Assembly (NCBI GenBank): GCA_965223325.1
Contig: CBDCWI010000001.1
Span: 480,001 to 544,000 of the forward strand
Length of the DNA stretch: 64,000 nucleotides
From: Candidatus Multivoradales bacterium
GTDB taxonomy: Bacteria > Acidobacteriota > Thermoanaerobaculia > Multivoradales > Multivoraceae
Reading direction: 5' to 3'
Under the pieces are notes generated by a model that saw only the letters and a program-made list of their open reading frames with translations, had not been told where the DNA came from and did no database searches. Shown here in pieces: positions 30,526 to 39,772 of the stretch. Every line of letters begins with the position of its first letter. Positions within the stretch are counted from its first letter, which is position 1. The position numbers and the translations under genes were made by a program.

Positions 30526-31134
30526 ATGACCTCTGTTGACCACCTCCCCGAGTGCCAGCGTCTCGAATGGCGCCAGGCGACCCGTGACCGCCTGAGAGCA
30601 GCGCGCGCCCTGTACGACGCCTCCTTAGGGCGCCGGGCATCCGAAGAGGTGTGCCGACACCTCGAGGTCGAGCTGCGCACCATCGGCGAAGGGTCCGTCG
30701 TGGCGCTCTACTGGTCGGTTCGTGGCGAAATCGACGTGCGAACGCTAGCGAGTTCGCCACGCCTTGCCGGACTTCAGTTCGCGCTTCCCGTGGTCAGCGA
30801 GAAGGCGCGTCCGCTCGAGTTCCGACACTGGGCGCCGGGTGATCCGATGGCGCGTGGAAGTCTCGGCGTTCCGGTCCCACAGAGAGGTTCCGTGGTTCGC
30901 CCCAACTGCCTGGTCATTCCAATCGTCGCTTTCGACCGCGCCGGCCACCGTCTCGGCCAGGGAGGGGGCTACTACGACCGCACCCTGGCGCAGCCCGAGC
31001 TTTCGGGCAGCCTCACGCTTGGTGCCGCGTACGCCGCTGCGGAAGTCGAAACGACCTACCCGGGCCCGCACGACCAGGCTCTCGACCAGATCTTCACCGA
31101 GCGTGGCCGGCGAGTTCCGGCATCGGGGAACTGA
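30526..31134 (+). CDS. 5-formyltetrahydrofolate cyclo-ligase
   Basis: YWSVRGEID, PIVAFDRAGHRLGQGGGYYDRTL, HDQALD. Confidence 0.9.
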   Translation: MTSVDHLPECQRLEWRQATRDRLRAARALYDASLGRRASEEVCRHLEVELRTIGEGSVVALYWSVRGEIDVRTLASSPRLAGLQFALPVVSEKARPLEFRHWAPGDPMARGSLGVPVPQRGSVVRPNCLVIPIVAFDRAGHRLGQGGGYYDRTLAQPELSGSLTLGAAYAAAEVETTYPGPHDQALDQIFTERGRRVPASGN

Positions 31135-31246
31135 TCCGGCAAGAAAGGGCGAAAGTCCTCACGTGCGGTAGCGTTCCGGCACCAGATCAACCCATGAGTA
31201 GTGCACCCCGCAACTGACCTCGGCACCCGAGCCGCTCGGACCTCAT

Positions 31247-32992
31247 ATGCAAGAACAGAATCCAGCCACACCACCGGTCGCGACCAACGCTGGAGGAACG
31301 GCCTCAGAGGAAGCCGCCGAAGTCAGCGTGGGGCTGGCAGAACGCGCTGAGCGCGCCATCTCCCAACTCACCACCGACGACTTGATCTTCTTGTCGATCG
31401 AGCTCGGGCTGGTCCTGGTCGCCTTTGTGGTGGTCGCGTTTCTCTTGCGACGGCTTCTCGCGGCCGTTTCGAAGATGCCGGCCGCAAAACGCGGGCAGCC
31501 GATGCTGCTTTCCTTTCGCCGCAACCTGCGTTCTTTGACCGTCCTTCTCTGGTTCGTCTCATCGGTCACCGTCATTGCCGCCAACGTTTGGCTGCTGCTC
31601 TCCGGGCGCGGCCTGCGCGCCGGGACTCTGGACTACCTGCGTTCGATTCCCTCCGAAGTCTGGACGCGCCTCCTGATCGGTGCCGGCCAGGCTCTCGGGC
31701 TCGCCCTCCTGGTCTACTTCGCGCTCCGCATCGTTCGCCGACTGCTCGACGCAGCACGCCTCAAGGTGCACAGCCTCGAGAACGAAACTGCCAACGACGA
31801 GGCCATCGACCACTTCTTCTTCTCGCTCACTCGAGTGGTCGAACGCGCAGCCTGGTTGTTCGTGTTGGCGATCTCCCTCCACCTGCTCGGCCTGCCCGAA
31901 AGCGTCTCGGGGTTCGCCGTCTTGTTGGTGAAGGTCTATCTAACGATCGGCCTCGGCATCGTCATCTGGCGAGCCTTGGACGCAGTGATCGAAAGCCTCG
32001 ACGCACTCAGCCATCGCTACTCGCGCGAAGACAATCTGCTGCGCTTCTACGCCAGGTTCGCCCATCTGGTGCCGCTCCTGCGACGAGCACTCGAGTGGGC
32101 GATCTACGTTTCAGTCGCCGGGCTGGTGGTCATGCAGATCGAACCGATCTCGCCAATGGCGAGCTGGGCATCGCGCATCATTTCGATCATCGGCGTGCTC
32201 TTCTTGAGTCGCGTGTTCGTCGAGGCTACATCGCTGGCCGCCGAAGAGTTGTTGATCAACCGCGCCAACCTCGACGGCCAGCAGGCGCAACGCCGCCGCA
32301 CGATCGTGCCCATCATCCAAATGGGCCTCAAGTACGCGGTCTATTTCTGCGCCGCGATCATCGTGCTCAAGCAGCTCGGCATCAATCCAACTCCCGTCCT
32401 GGCCGGCGCCGGCATCGTCGGTCTTGCGGTCGGGCTGGGGGCTCAGAACCTGATCAATGACCTGGTCTCGGGTTTCTTCATTCTGTTCGAGGACTACTAC
32501 CTGGTTGGCGACTTCATCTGCGTCGACGACGCCGAGGGGTTCGTCGAGCAAATCGACCTGCGCACCACTCGCATTCGTGATGACGACGGCCGTCTGCACA
32601 TTGTTCGCAACGGCAACATCGAAAAGGTCCTGCACTACTCGAAGGGCTATTCGGTTGCGGTGGTCGAGCTGCGGGTCTCCTACGAAGCAAACCTCGACCA
32701 GGTTTTCGACACCCTCGAAGCGATCTCAGCCGAGATGCTCGAGTCCCATCCGGATGTCCTGGAGCCATCAGAGATTCGCGGCCTCGAAGACTTCGGCGAG
32801 TCGGCGATGATTCTCGAAATCGAAACCAAGGTCACACCCGCCCACCACCTCGACGTGGCGCGTGACATGCGCCGGCGCATCAAAACGCGCTTCGATGAGC
32901 TCGGCATTCGCATGCCCTACGCCAAGCGAGTGCTGCTCACCCAGGACGACGATGGCGGGGTCGTCCTCGCCAGTCCCACGCGACCTTCGTAG
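31247..32992 (+). CDS. MscS-family mechanosensitive channel with extended N-terminal TM region
   Basis: AGAGIVGLAVGLGAQNLINDLVSGFFI, GFVEQIDLRTTRIR. Confidence 0.9.
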   Translation: MQEQNPATPPVATNAGGTASEEAAEVSVGLAERAERAISQLTTDDLIFLSIELGLVLVAFVVVAFLLRRLLAAVSKMPAAKRGQPMLLSFRRNLRSLTVLLWFVSSVTVIAANVWLLLSGRGLRAGTLDYLRSIPSEVWTRLLIGAGQALGLALLVYFALRIVRRLLDAARLKVHSLENETANDEAIDHFFFSLTRVVERAAWLFVLAISLHLLGLPESVSGFAVLLVKVYLTIGLGIVIWRALDAVIESLDALSHRYSREDNLLRFYARFAHLVPLLRRALEWAIYVSVAGLVVMQIEPISPMASWASRIISIIGVLFLSRVFVEATSLAAEELLINRANLDGQQAQRRRTIVPIIQMGLKYAVYFCAAIIVLKQLGINPTPVLAGAGIVGLAVGLGAQNLINDLVSGFFILFEDYYLVGDFICVDDAEGFVEQIDLRTTRIRDDDGRLHIVRNGNIEKVLHYSKGYSVAVVELRVSYEANLDQVFDTLEAISAEMLESHPDVLEPSEIRGLEDFGESAMILEIETKVTPAHHLDVARDMRRRIKTRFDELGIRMPYAKRVLLTQDDDGGVVLASPTRPS

Positions 32993-33012
32993 GCGCTGGG
33001 CTGCCGAAGCCG

Positions 33013-34494
33013 TTAGCGCGATGGGAGGGGCGGCTTCTGGTCTTTCGGAATCGGTGAAACGTAAGGCTCGCCGCCGGTTTTCTGACGGTGAAAGGCCTGC
33101 GCCGCTTCCAGAAGCTCGGCATCGGTCAAGAGGTCCATCGCAGTCAGAGCCAGCACACGTGCTGCGATCTGCGCTGCGCGCGCCGCCTCGGGGCGCCCGT
33201 GCGACGCCGAGGTCGCCCAGCTGTGCCAAGGCAGACCGGTGCCGGCCGAGGCCACGTTGATGCTGACGGTGGGTGTGATCCAACTGACTTCGGCAACGTC
33301 GGTCGAGCCACCCAAGGGCGGCTCCGGCCCCGAAGCGAGCGGCTTGACCTCGGTCGCCAGCCCCTTCTCGTCGACCTTCAGGTACGCCTGCAGCTGGCGC
33401 GCCCAGGCATGCTCGGCCGGGGCGTACAGCGGGCCACCGACGCGCTCGAAGTTGGCCTGCGCAGCTTCTTGGAGCGGACGGTTGAGGAGCGACTCGTGTA
33501 CCCCGCTGGTCAGTGTCACCTCGTATTCGGTTCGGGTGGCCATCGCCGCCCCGGCTGCGATATCGAGAATCCAGGCGTAGTTGCGCTCGACCTTGGTTCG
33601 GTCAATGTCACGAACGTAGTACCAGACGCGCGCATAGTCGGGAACTACATTCGGCGCCTCGCCGCCGTTTTGAATCACGTAGTGAATGCGCGCCGTGGGT
33701 TCGATGTGCTCGCGCATCATGTTGACACCGTAGTTGAGCATCTCGACGGCATCGAGAGCGGAGCGACCGTTCCAGGGGTCGAACGCTCCATGCGCCGACT
33801 GGCCGCGAAACTCGACGGTGAAGTTGTTGAGCGCCTGACCGGTCTGGTTGGCAACTCCGTTCTCGACAAACGGGTGCCAGTCGAGGGCTGCGTCGAGATC
33901 GTTGAACAGATCTGCATTGGCCATGTAGACCTTGCCAACGACGGTCTCCTCGGCCGGCGAACCGTAGAGCCTGATCGTGCCCGCGAGACCACTCTCCTCC
34001 ATCACCTCACGCACCGCCATTGCTGCGCCGACCGAACCCGCACCGAAGAGGTTGTGACCGCAACCATGACCGTGCGGGTGCCCATCGGAACGTTTCACCT
34101 TCTCGGGAACCGGCTCGTTACCGATGTTGGGTAGCGCATCGTACTCGGCCAGAATGCCCAGGATCGGCCGGCCGCTTCCCCACTCGGCAACAAAGGCCGT
34201 CGGCATGCCCGCCACGCCTCGTTCGACCCGGAAACCCGCTTCCTCGAGAACCTCAGCCAGGAGAGCTGCAGACTGCGTTTCCTCGAGGGCGATCTCGGCA
34301 TGCTTCCAGAGCGCCGCCGCCATCGCCGCAATCTCGCCGTCGCGGGTTTCGACGGCACGGAGCGCCGCACTCCGCACCTCCTCGTCGCCGGCTAGAGCGG
34401 CGTCGCTGGAGAAGAAGGGCGCCACGGCAAGGGTCGACAGAAGAAGTAGGACGGGAGCCCGACTCGGTGAAGCGACAAATGGATCTCTGCGCAT
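33013..34494 (-). CDS. M20 amidohydrolase, AbgB-like (p-aminobenzoyl-glutamate hydrolase subunit B family)
   Basis: AEYDALP, GHGCGHNL, PAEE, GSTDVAEVSW; signal-peptide-like N-terminus. Confidence 0.85.
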   Translation of the reverse strand: MRRDPFVASPSRAPVLLLLSTLAVAPFFSSDAALAGDEEVRSAALRAVETRDGEIAAMAAALWKHAEIALEETQSAALLAEVLEEAGFRVERGVAGMPTAFVAEWGSGRPILGILAEYDALPNIGNEPVPEKVKRSDGHPHGHGCGHNLFGAGSVGAAMAVREVMEESGLAGTIRLYGSPAEETVVGKVYMANADLFNDLDAALDWHPFVENGVANQTGQALNNFTVEFRGQSAHGAFDPWNGRSALDAVEMLNYGVNMMREHIEPTARIHYVIQNGGEAPNVVPDYARVWYYVRDIDRTKVERNYAWILDIAAGAAMATRTEYEVTLTSGVHESLLNRPLQEAAQANFERVGGPLYAPAEHAWARQLQAYLKVDEKGLATEVKPLASGPEPPLGGSTDVAEVSWITPTVSINVASAGTGLPWHSWATSASHGRPEAARAAQIAARVLALTAMDLLTDAELLEAAQAFHRQKTGGEPYVSPIPKDQKPPLPSR

Positions 34495-34580
34495 GATTGG
34501 TCTCCGGTTCTCAGATCGCCCAGAAAGGGCCCACAGGGCGCAGCTATACCACGCCTGATCAAGGGCCGAACGGCGCCGCC

Positions 34581-36350
34581 TCATTGCCCGGTCCTCGACC
34601 AGGCCGCGAAATCGCCAGCCTCGAAGTCGTCACAGAAGAGGCAATCGCAGCGCACTCGCGGGCAGGCCTCGTCGGCGCCGATATCGGGTGCTGGCCCGTA
34701 CGGTCTGACCTCGCCGTCGATGTCGCGCAGAACTGTGGCGTTTTCAAGGGCCTGATCCCGAGCGCAGGTGTCGTCGCCTGCGAGATGAAAGTCGCCGGGT
34801 CCTCGCCACACCGGCGTGCATTCGCGCGACGAGCGATCCTGGCCTTGCTCGCTCTGCCAGGTGTCGACCGGGGTGAGCTCCGGCCAGTGGAAACCGGGAC
34901 CGCCCGAGAAGACGTTCCTGTCTGAACTGAACTCCGCCGGCAGCGGACCCTGCCAGCCGCTCCAGGACATTGAGTAGTAGCCGTCGCGAAGGTCAGAGAA
35001 GATGTTGTTGGCGACCCGTACCTCGTTGAGCTCGAACGGGAAGTCCTCCGCGCATTGATCAACCCGCAGACCGAAGCGAAACCCGGTGATGGTGTTGTGG
35101 TCGATCACAAAGCGGTTGGTAAAGGCGTCGGGGTGCCCGGACGAGACGAAAATGGCGGAACCGTCGGTCTCCCCGCCCGAGAACTGAATCGCGTTGTTGC
35201 GCAGAACAACGTCCTCGACGGCCAGAGCCGCACCGTTCTCTTGCGAGCGCGGGCTACAGTCCTTGATCGCCACCATTGAAGCGTAGCGGTTGCACACCAC
35301 CGAACTGCTGCGGATGACGTTGCCCTCGACCCGGTGATGGGCGTTCTTGCGCTCACCGAACCGGCTGTCGGTTCCCAGGGTGATCGCGGTGACGCAGTTC
35401 TCGAACACGTTGTCCTCGATGACGCCGTGCTGGACATCGTTCGAGAACGACACCGCCGCCTGAGACGTGCAGCCGTCCTCGTTCGGCTGGCGACCGCTAC
35501 CGTCACACAGGAACACGTTGTCGGCCACGGTCAGGCGATCAACTGAGGCACCCCAGGCTTTCAAACCGGTGCTTACAACTTCCACCAGGTTGCGCCGAAA
35601 GGTAATGTCGTGGCCACCGAAGTAGCGCATCACGAAGCCGCCAATGTCACGAAACTCATTGTCCTCGACCAGCAGGCGGTTGGCGCCAGACGGCATGATC
35701 GCGATGTGAGCAGAGCCGCTGGTCGTCCAGTCGCAACCCGGCGCCAGAGTCTCGAAGCGGTTGTGGTGGAGCCACCAGTCGTCGCCTCCTGAGCCCCACG
35801 GGAAGGCGACGAACTGAACGTTGCCACCACAGCCGGTCGCCGAGTCGTAGTTGCGGAAGTGGAGGTAGGAAACCTCGACGTTGTCGGGCTTGGGGATGCC
35901 GAGGGTCAACGCAACGCTTCTCGTGTTCTCGCCGTCGAGGACGAAGGATTCGTCATCGAGTCTGCCATCGTGATCGGTGTCCCACGCTGTCAGTCGGTTG
36001 CGGCGGTCGCCCGATGGGCCTCCCGTATGGACTGTCAGCTGTTCGTGGAACACTCCCCGCCCTCTGCACTCGAAGGGCCCGGCCGCCTCCTGCCAGCGAT
36101 CGAGACACTCCTGGAGCGTCGCGAGGGGCAGCTGCTCGGTGCCCGGCTGGTTGTCGCCTCCGGCCTCGGCGTCGACAAAGAGGATCGTCCGAACCTCGCC
36201 GTTCGGAGGTGCTAGGGCGTCCAGGGCGGAGCCGAGCGACAAGAGCGCCGCTGACAGCGTCAACAAGCGTAGATTCGCTCTGAACCTGGAGCGCCGCGTT
36301 TCGGTGGGTGGCCGTGCGCCGCTCTTGGACCTTGGCCCAGCCTGGGTCAA
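34581..36350 (-). CDS. Secreted right-handed beta-helix protein with choice-of-anchor Q-like end and FCDDFE tail
   Basis: Parallel beta-helix repeats (xxxxNxF); DFHL..DIDGEVRP.GPAPDIGADE; ends LFCDDFEAGDFAAWS; TTG 36350 overlaps upstream stop (start uncertain). Confidence 0.75.
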   Translation of the reverse strand: MTQAGPRSKSGARPPTETRRSRFRANLRLLTLSAALLSLGSALDALAPPNGEVRTILFVDAEAGGDNQPGTEQLPLATLQECLDRWQEAAGPFECRGRGVFHEQLTVHTGGPSGDRRNRLTAWDTDHDGRLDDESFVLDGENTRSVALTLGIPKPDNVEVSYLHFRNYDSATGCGGNVQFVAFPWGSGGDDWWLHHNRFETLAPGCDWTTSGSAHIAIMPSGANRLLVEDNEFRDIGGFVMRYFGGHDITFRRNLVEVVSTGLKAWGASVDRLTVADNVFLCDGSGRQPNEDGCTSQAAVSFSNDVQHGVIEDNVFENCVTAITLGTDSRFGERKNAHHRVEGNVIRSSSVVCNRYASMVAIKDCSPRSQENGAALAVEDVVLRNNAIQFSGGETDGSAIFVSSGHPDAFTNRFVIDHNTITGFRFGLRVDQCAEDFPFELNEVRVANNIFSDLRDGYYSMSWSGWQGPLPAEFSSDRNVFSGGPGFHWPELTPVDTWQSEQGQDRSSRECTPVWRGPGDFHLAGDDTCARDQALENATVLRDIDGEVRPYGPAPDIGADEACPRVRCDCLFCDDFEAGDFAAWSRTGQ

Positions 36351-36727
36351 GAACCGGTCTCGTCGAGGAGCCATCGCGTCAGGCTGCGGAGTTCGTCTGA
36401 TGTTCCCGTCCACGGCACGGTGTGGCGCGTCCCGCGCCCGTCACGGCGCTCCTCGAGCAGCTTTTCGATCTGCTCTTGGCTCCACCCCGCGGTCCCTCGT
36501 TTGAGGACGTAGCCGCGTGTACGAGGGGCGCTGATCTCCTTCGTTCCGTCGCGTCGCTCGACCGAGTGGCAACGCTGGCACTTGTGGTCGACGAAGATCT
36601 CCTCGGCAGCGGCGGCGGTGCCCGTGGTGGGCTCCTCGAGCGCAGTCAGGGTACTCGCAACGATGGCAACCGCCAAAACGGCGAGGAGGTGGCACAGCTT
36701 GCTTCGTCTTGTCACCGCATGGGTCAC
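36347..36727 (-). CDS. Small monoheme c-type cytochrome
   Basis: Signal peptide, CQRCH heme motif; follows nosY. Confidence 0.75.
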   Translation of the reverse strand: MTHAVTRRSKLCHLLAVLAVAIVASTLTALEEPTTGTAAAAEEIFVDHKCQRCHSVERRDGTKEISAPRTRGYVLKRGTAGWSQEQIEKLLEERRDGRGTRHTVPWTGTSDELRSLTRWLLDETGS

Positions 36728-36898
36728 GAAATCGTTCTCCTACGCCCTCGCGTGCGTCGGGGCGTTCTCGAAAGAAGGCCTGAGGACTCTGGGAAGCCCT
36801 TAGTCTACGCGCCTCGACATCGGTTCGCGCCTGCCGGGGAGGTAGCGGCCGGCCTTGCGGGCGACGAACGACCGCTCGAGTCGAGCAGACGATCCGAT

Positions 36899-37795
36899 CT
36901 ACCAGTTGATTTGACTGTGCCTGAACCCCCCGGCGGCAAGCGACAACGGAACGACCAACCAGGCTGCCCAACCAAGGGCGAGCAATGCGGCGGGCACCCG
37001 CAGACCCAGCGGGGGAAGAGAGTCACGCAGTCCGGGTGCCATCGACAAGACGGTGAGCCGAAAGAGGCTCACCGGTGACGTGGACATCGACCACGGCGCA
37101 ACCCTCGCTCCTCTCGAGCCTGCACCCGTTGGCGCCGCGAGCTCGGAGTGACCGCGACCGCCAACCTCGACCGCCTGCGGTGCCTCGGTGGCCACGAGAC
37201 CCGCGAGCAGCATGGCATCGATCGCAAACACGAGCACCATCCAGGCAACCAACGCCGCACCAAAAGAACGCAACCGCGTCTGGCCGAGTACTCCAACCAG
37301 ACAACCCAGGCCGCCACAGACCAGGGCGAGTAACCAGGTCGCCACACACAGCGCGAGGTAGTCGCTTCCACCGTCCCGGCCCCTGACCAGAAGAACCACC
37401 AGCGCCGCAGAGCCAAAGGCAACGAGAAAGGCCACCGAGAAGACCACCAATCGCCCCAGACATTTCCCTGCCAGGAGCGCGGTGCGCGAGATCGGCAACA
37501 GGAGAAGGGCGAGGAGTGAGTGGTCCTCGAACTCGCCCGCTATGGTTTCCGCACCGGTCAAGAGCGCGAGCAACGGAATCGTCACCCCGAGCACGGCGAG
37601 GGCCAGGGGCACCAAATCGTCGAAGGCCGCGATCGCGACCCTGCCCTGGCGAAGCGGCACCAAGATGACCGGCAACCAGGCCAGGACTGCGAGCACCATG
37701 AGTGCCCGCCGAACGATCCGGCTGCGTAGAAGCAGGCGCACTTCGCGCCGCGCCACCAGTAGGGCATGGTGAACCTGAAGACGTGCACTGCTCAT
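36899..37795 (-). CDS. nosY: NosY ABC permease
   Basis: Multi-TM, IAGEFED..L..LL.LPISR..LLAGK; downstream of nosF. Confidence 0.82.
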   Translation of the reverse strand: MSSARLQVHHALLVARREVRLLLRSRIVRRALMVLAVLAWLPVILVPLRQGRVAIAAFDDLVPLALAVLGVTIPLLALLTGAETIAGEFEDHSLLALLLLPISRTALLAGKCLGRLVVFSVAFLVAFGSAALVVLLVRGRDGGSDYLALCVATWLLALVCGGLGCLVGVLGQTRLRSFGAALVAWMVLVFAIDAMLLAGLVATEAPQAVEVGGRGHSELAAPTGAGSRGARVAPWSMSTSPVSLFRLTVLSMAPGLRDSLPPLGLRVPAALLALGWAAWLVVPLSLAAGGFRHSQINW

Positions 37796-38529
37796 GGTGC
37801 CGCCTCCTCCTGGGCGTCTTGCCCTTCTTGGACGGCCTTCTGTGTCGCGAGAGCAAAAAGCGCCCGACAGGACGATGCAGAGGAATCGAACCGCGCCAAC
37901 AAGCGACCGTCGTCGAGGACAACGAGGGTGTTCGCTAACTGGTCGAGAACTTCGAACTCGTGACTCGCCACGACCACCGTCGCGCCACCCTGCGCGCGCT
38001 GACGCAAGGCCTCGACCACCCGCTCGAGGGTCGCCAGATCGAGCCCGACGAACGGCTCGTCGAAGAGCAGCAGCTCAGTGGGTTCGAGCAGCGCGACGGC
38101 CAGCCCCACCCGCCTCCGCCAGCCGCTCGACAAATGTCCAACGCGTCGGTTTTCGACCTCTCTCAGTCCAGCGACCGAACACACGTTTGTGCGCGCTTGC
38201 TGGGAGGCGCCGCGCGCCGCACAGGCAAAGCTGAGCACCTCCGCCACGGTGAGGAGTGGTGAAACCCCCGGACGCTCCGGCAAGTAGGCCGTTCCCGGGA
38301 GAACCTCTGGCGGCGCCACCTCCTGGGCGCGGAAACGTACCGACCCTTCGCTGGCGCGCACAAGACCAGCGGCCAGGGCGAGAGCGGTCGACTTGCCGGC
38401 CCCGTTGGCACCAACGAGCGCGGTCACCTCGCCGGGTCGACACACGAGGTCGAAACGTCGGAGCGCCGGCCGACTCGTACTGCCTAGGAAGCGGTGGGTT
38501 ACCGCTCTGAACTCGAGTCCCTCACCCAT
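37792..38529 (-). CDS. nosF: NosF ABC ATPase
   Basis: GANGAGKST, LSSGWRRR, LLFDEP, H-loop SHE; between nosD and nosY. Confidence 0.85.
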   Translation of the reverse strand: MGEGLEFRAVTHRFLGSTSRPALRRFDLVCRPGEVTALVGANGAGKSTALALAAGLVRASEGSVRFRAQEVAPPEVLPGTAYLPERPGVSPLLTVAEVLSFACAARGASQQARTNVCSVAGLREVENRRVGHLSSGWRRRVGLAVALLEPTELLLFDEPFVGLDLATLERVVEALRQRAQGGATVVVASHEFEVLDQLANTLVVLDDGRLLARFDSSASSCRALFALATQKAVQEGQDAQEEAAP

Positions 38530-39772
38530 CGAGCGACCGGCGGCTTGTGACCAGGGGGCGAGAGTCCACAGGGCTTTCCTCGCTGAGCAGATTCGACTGC
38601 CACCAGTCGAGGAGTGCAAGAAGTGGGCTGGACCAGAACCAACGTGCAGCGGGATAGCGAGCGAGCAGGGCCGAGGCCGTTGTCTCCAGCCGGTAGGGAG
38701 TGTCGCCTACTCCATCGCCATTCCAGTCGAATCCCCTGTAGTCGCTCCAATAGTTGCCCAACCCTTCGACTGACCAACGGTTGTCGACCGGACGTCGGGC
38801 ATAGACCTGCACGACATTGCCATCGAAGTCATTCGCCCAGAGCGAGTTCGCCTCGGAGCCGGCGGTCAAGTAGACACCGACCCCGTTGGCCAAAAGACTG
38901 TTCCGGGTGAGGTCGTTATTGGCCGAATTCTCGAGGAACAGACCGCGACCGTTGCGCGCCAGGACGTTCTCTCGAACTGTCGACCCCTCGAGTTGCAGGC
39001 AGAGGATGCCGAACCGTTCGTTTTCAGCCGCCCGATTGCCGCGGATCACGTTGTTCATCGAGTACATGAGCGCGAAACCACCGACGGAGCGATCGAAGCG
39101 ATTGCCGCTCAACTCGTTGCGCTCGGAGTACATGTAGTGAATGCCGTAGCGCAGCCCCTCACCGTTGTTACTTTCAATGCGGTTGTCGTGAGCAAAGGAC
39201 AGGTAGATCCCGTCCCGTACGTCGACCAGCTGGTTGGCGAGAATCTGGTTGCGGCTGGTGTGCCAGAGGTGGATGCCGTTCCCTCGTCGCTCCCGCTCAG
39301 TGCTTCGGTCTCCAGTGATCACATTGCCAACGACCTGATGGCCGCTACCGGCGCGCAGGTAGATGCCGAACGCGCGCGCTTCGATCTGACAGTCGCGCAC
39401 CTCTCCTCGTTCGACCTCCTCGAAGAGCACAACCGCATCGTCTGCCGACAAGTCGGCGCCCGAGCCGCGAATCGTGAGACCGCAGAGCTGGACGCCGTCG
39501 GCGGTCACCCGGACTGTGGTGCCGTGACCCCCGCCATCGATCACGACACCCTCGCCGCCAGAAATCACAAGCCTCTTCTCGATCGTTAGCGGGCCCGGGT
39601 GAACGCCGGGCTCGAGCTGCAGGTGATCGCCGTCCTGCGCGTTTTCGAGCGCCACGCCGAGTTCCCCGGGTGCGACTCGAACGATGGCGGAGGTGGCCTC
39701 TCCTCTTGTCTCCGCAAACAGACCTTCGGCTGCCAGCCAGGTCAACAGAATCGCGGTCCTCAGGCTAGCCAC
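38522..39772 (-). CDS. nosD: NosD nitrous oxide reductase maturation protein
   Basis: RGNGIHLW, RDGIY, LRYGIHYMYS, GNYWSDYRGFDWNGDGVGD; GTG start 39772. Confidence 0.92.
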   Translation of the reverse strand: MASLRTAILLTWLAAEGLFAETRGEATSAIVRVAPGELGVALENAQDGDHLQLEPGVHPGPLTIEKRLVISGGEGVVIDGGGHGTTVRVTADGVQLCGLTIRGSGADLSADDAVVLFEEVERGEVRDCQIEARAFGIYLRAGSGHQVVGNVITGDRSTERERRGNGIHLWHTSRNQILANQLVDVRDGIYLSFAHDNRIESNNGEGLRYGIHYMYSERNELSGNRFDRSVGGFALMYSMNNVIRGNRAAENERFGILCLQLEGSTVRENVLARNGRGLFLENSANNDLTRNSLLANGVGVYLTAGSEANSLWANDFDGNVVQVYARRPVDNRWSVEGLGNYWSDYRGFDWNGDGVGDTPYRLETTASALLARYPAARWFWSSPLLALLDWWQSNLLSEESPVDSRPLVTSRRSLDG

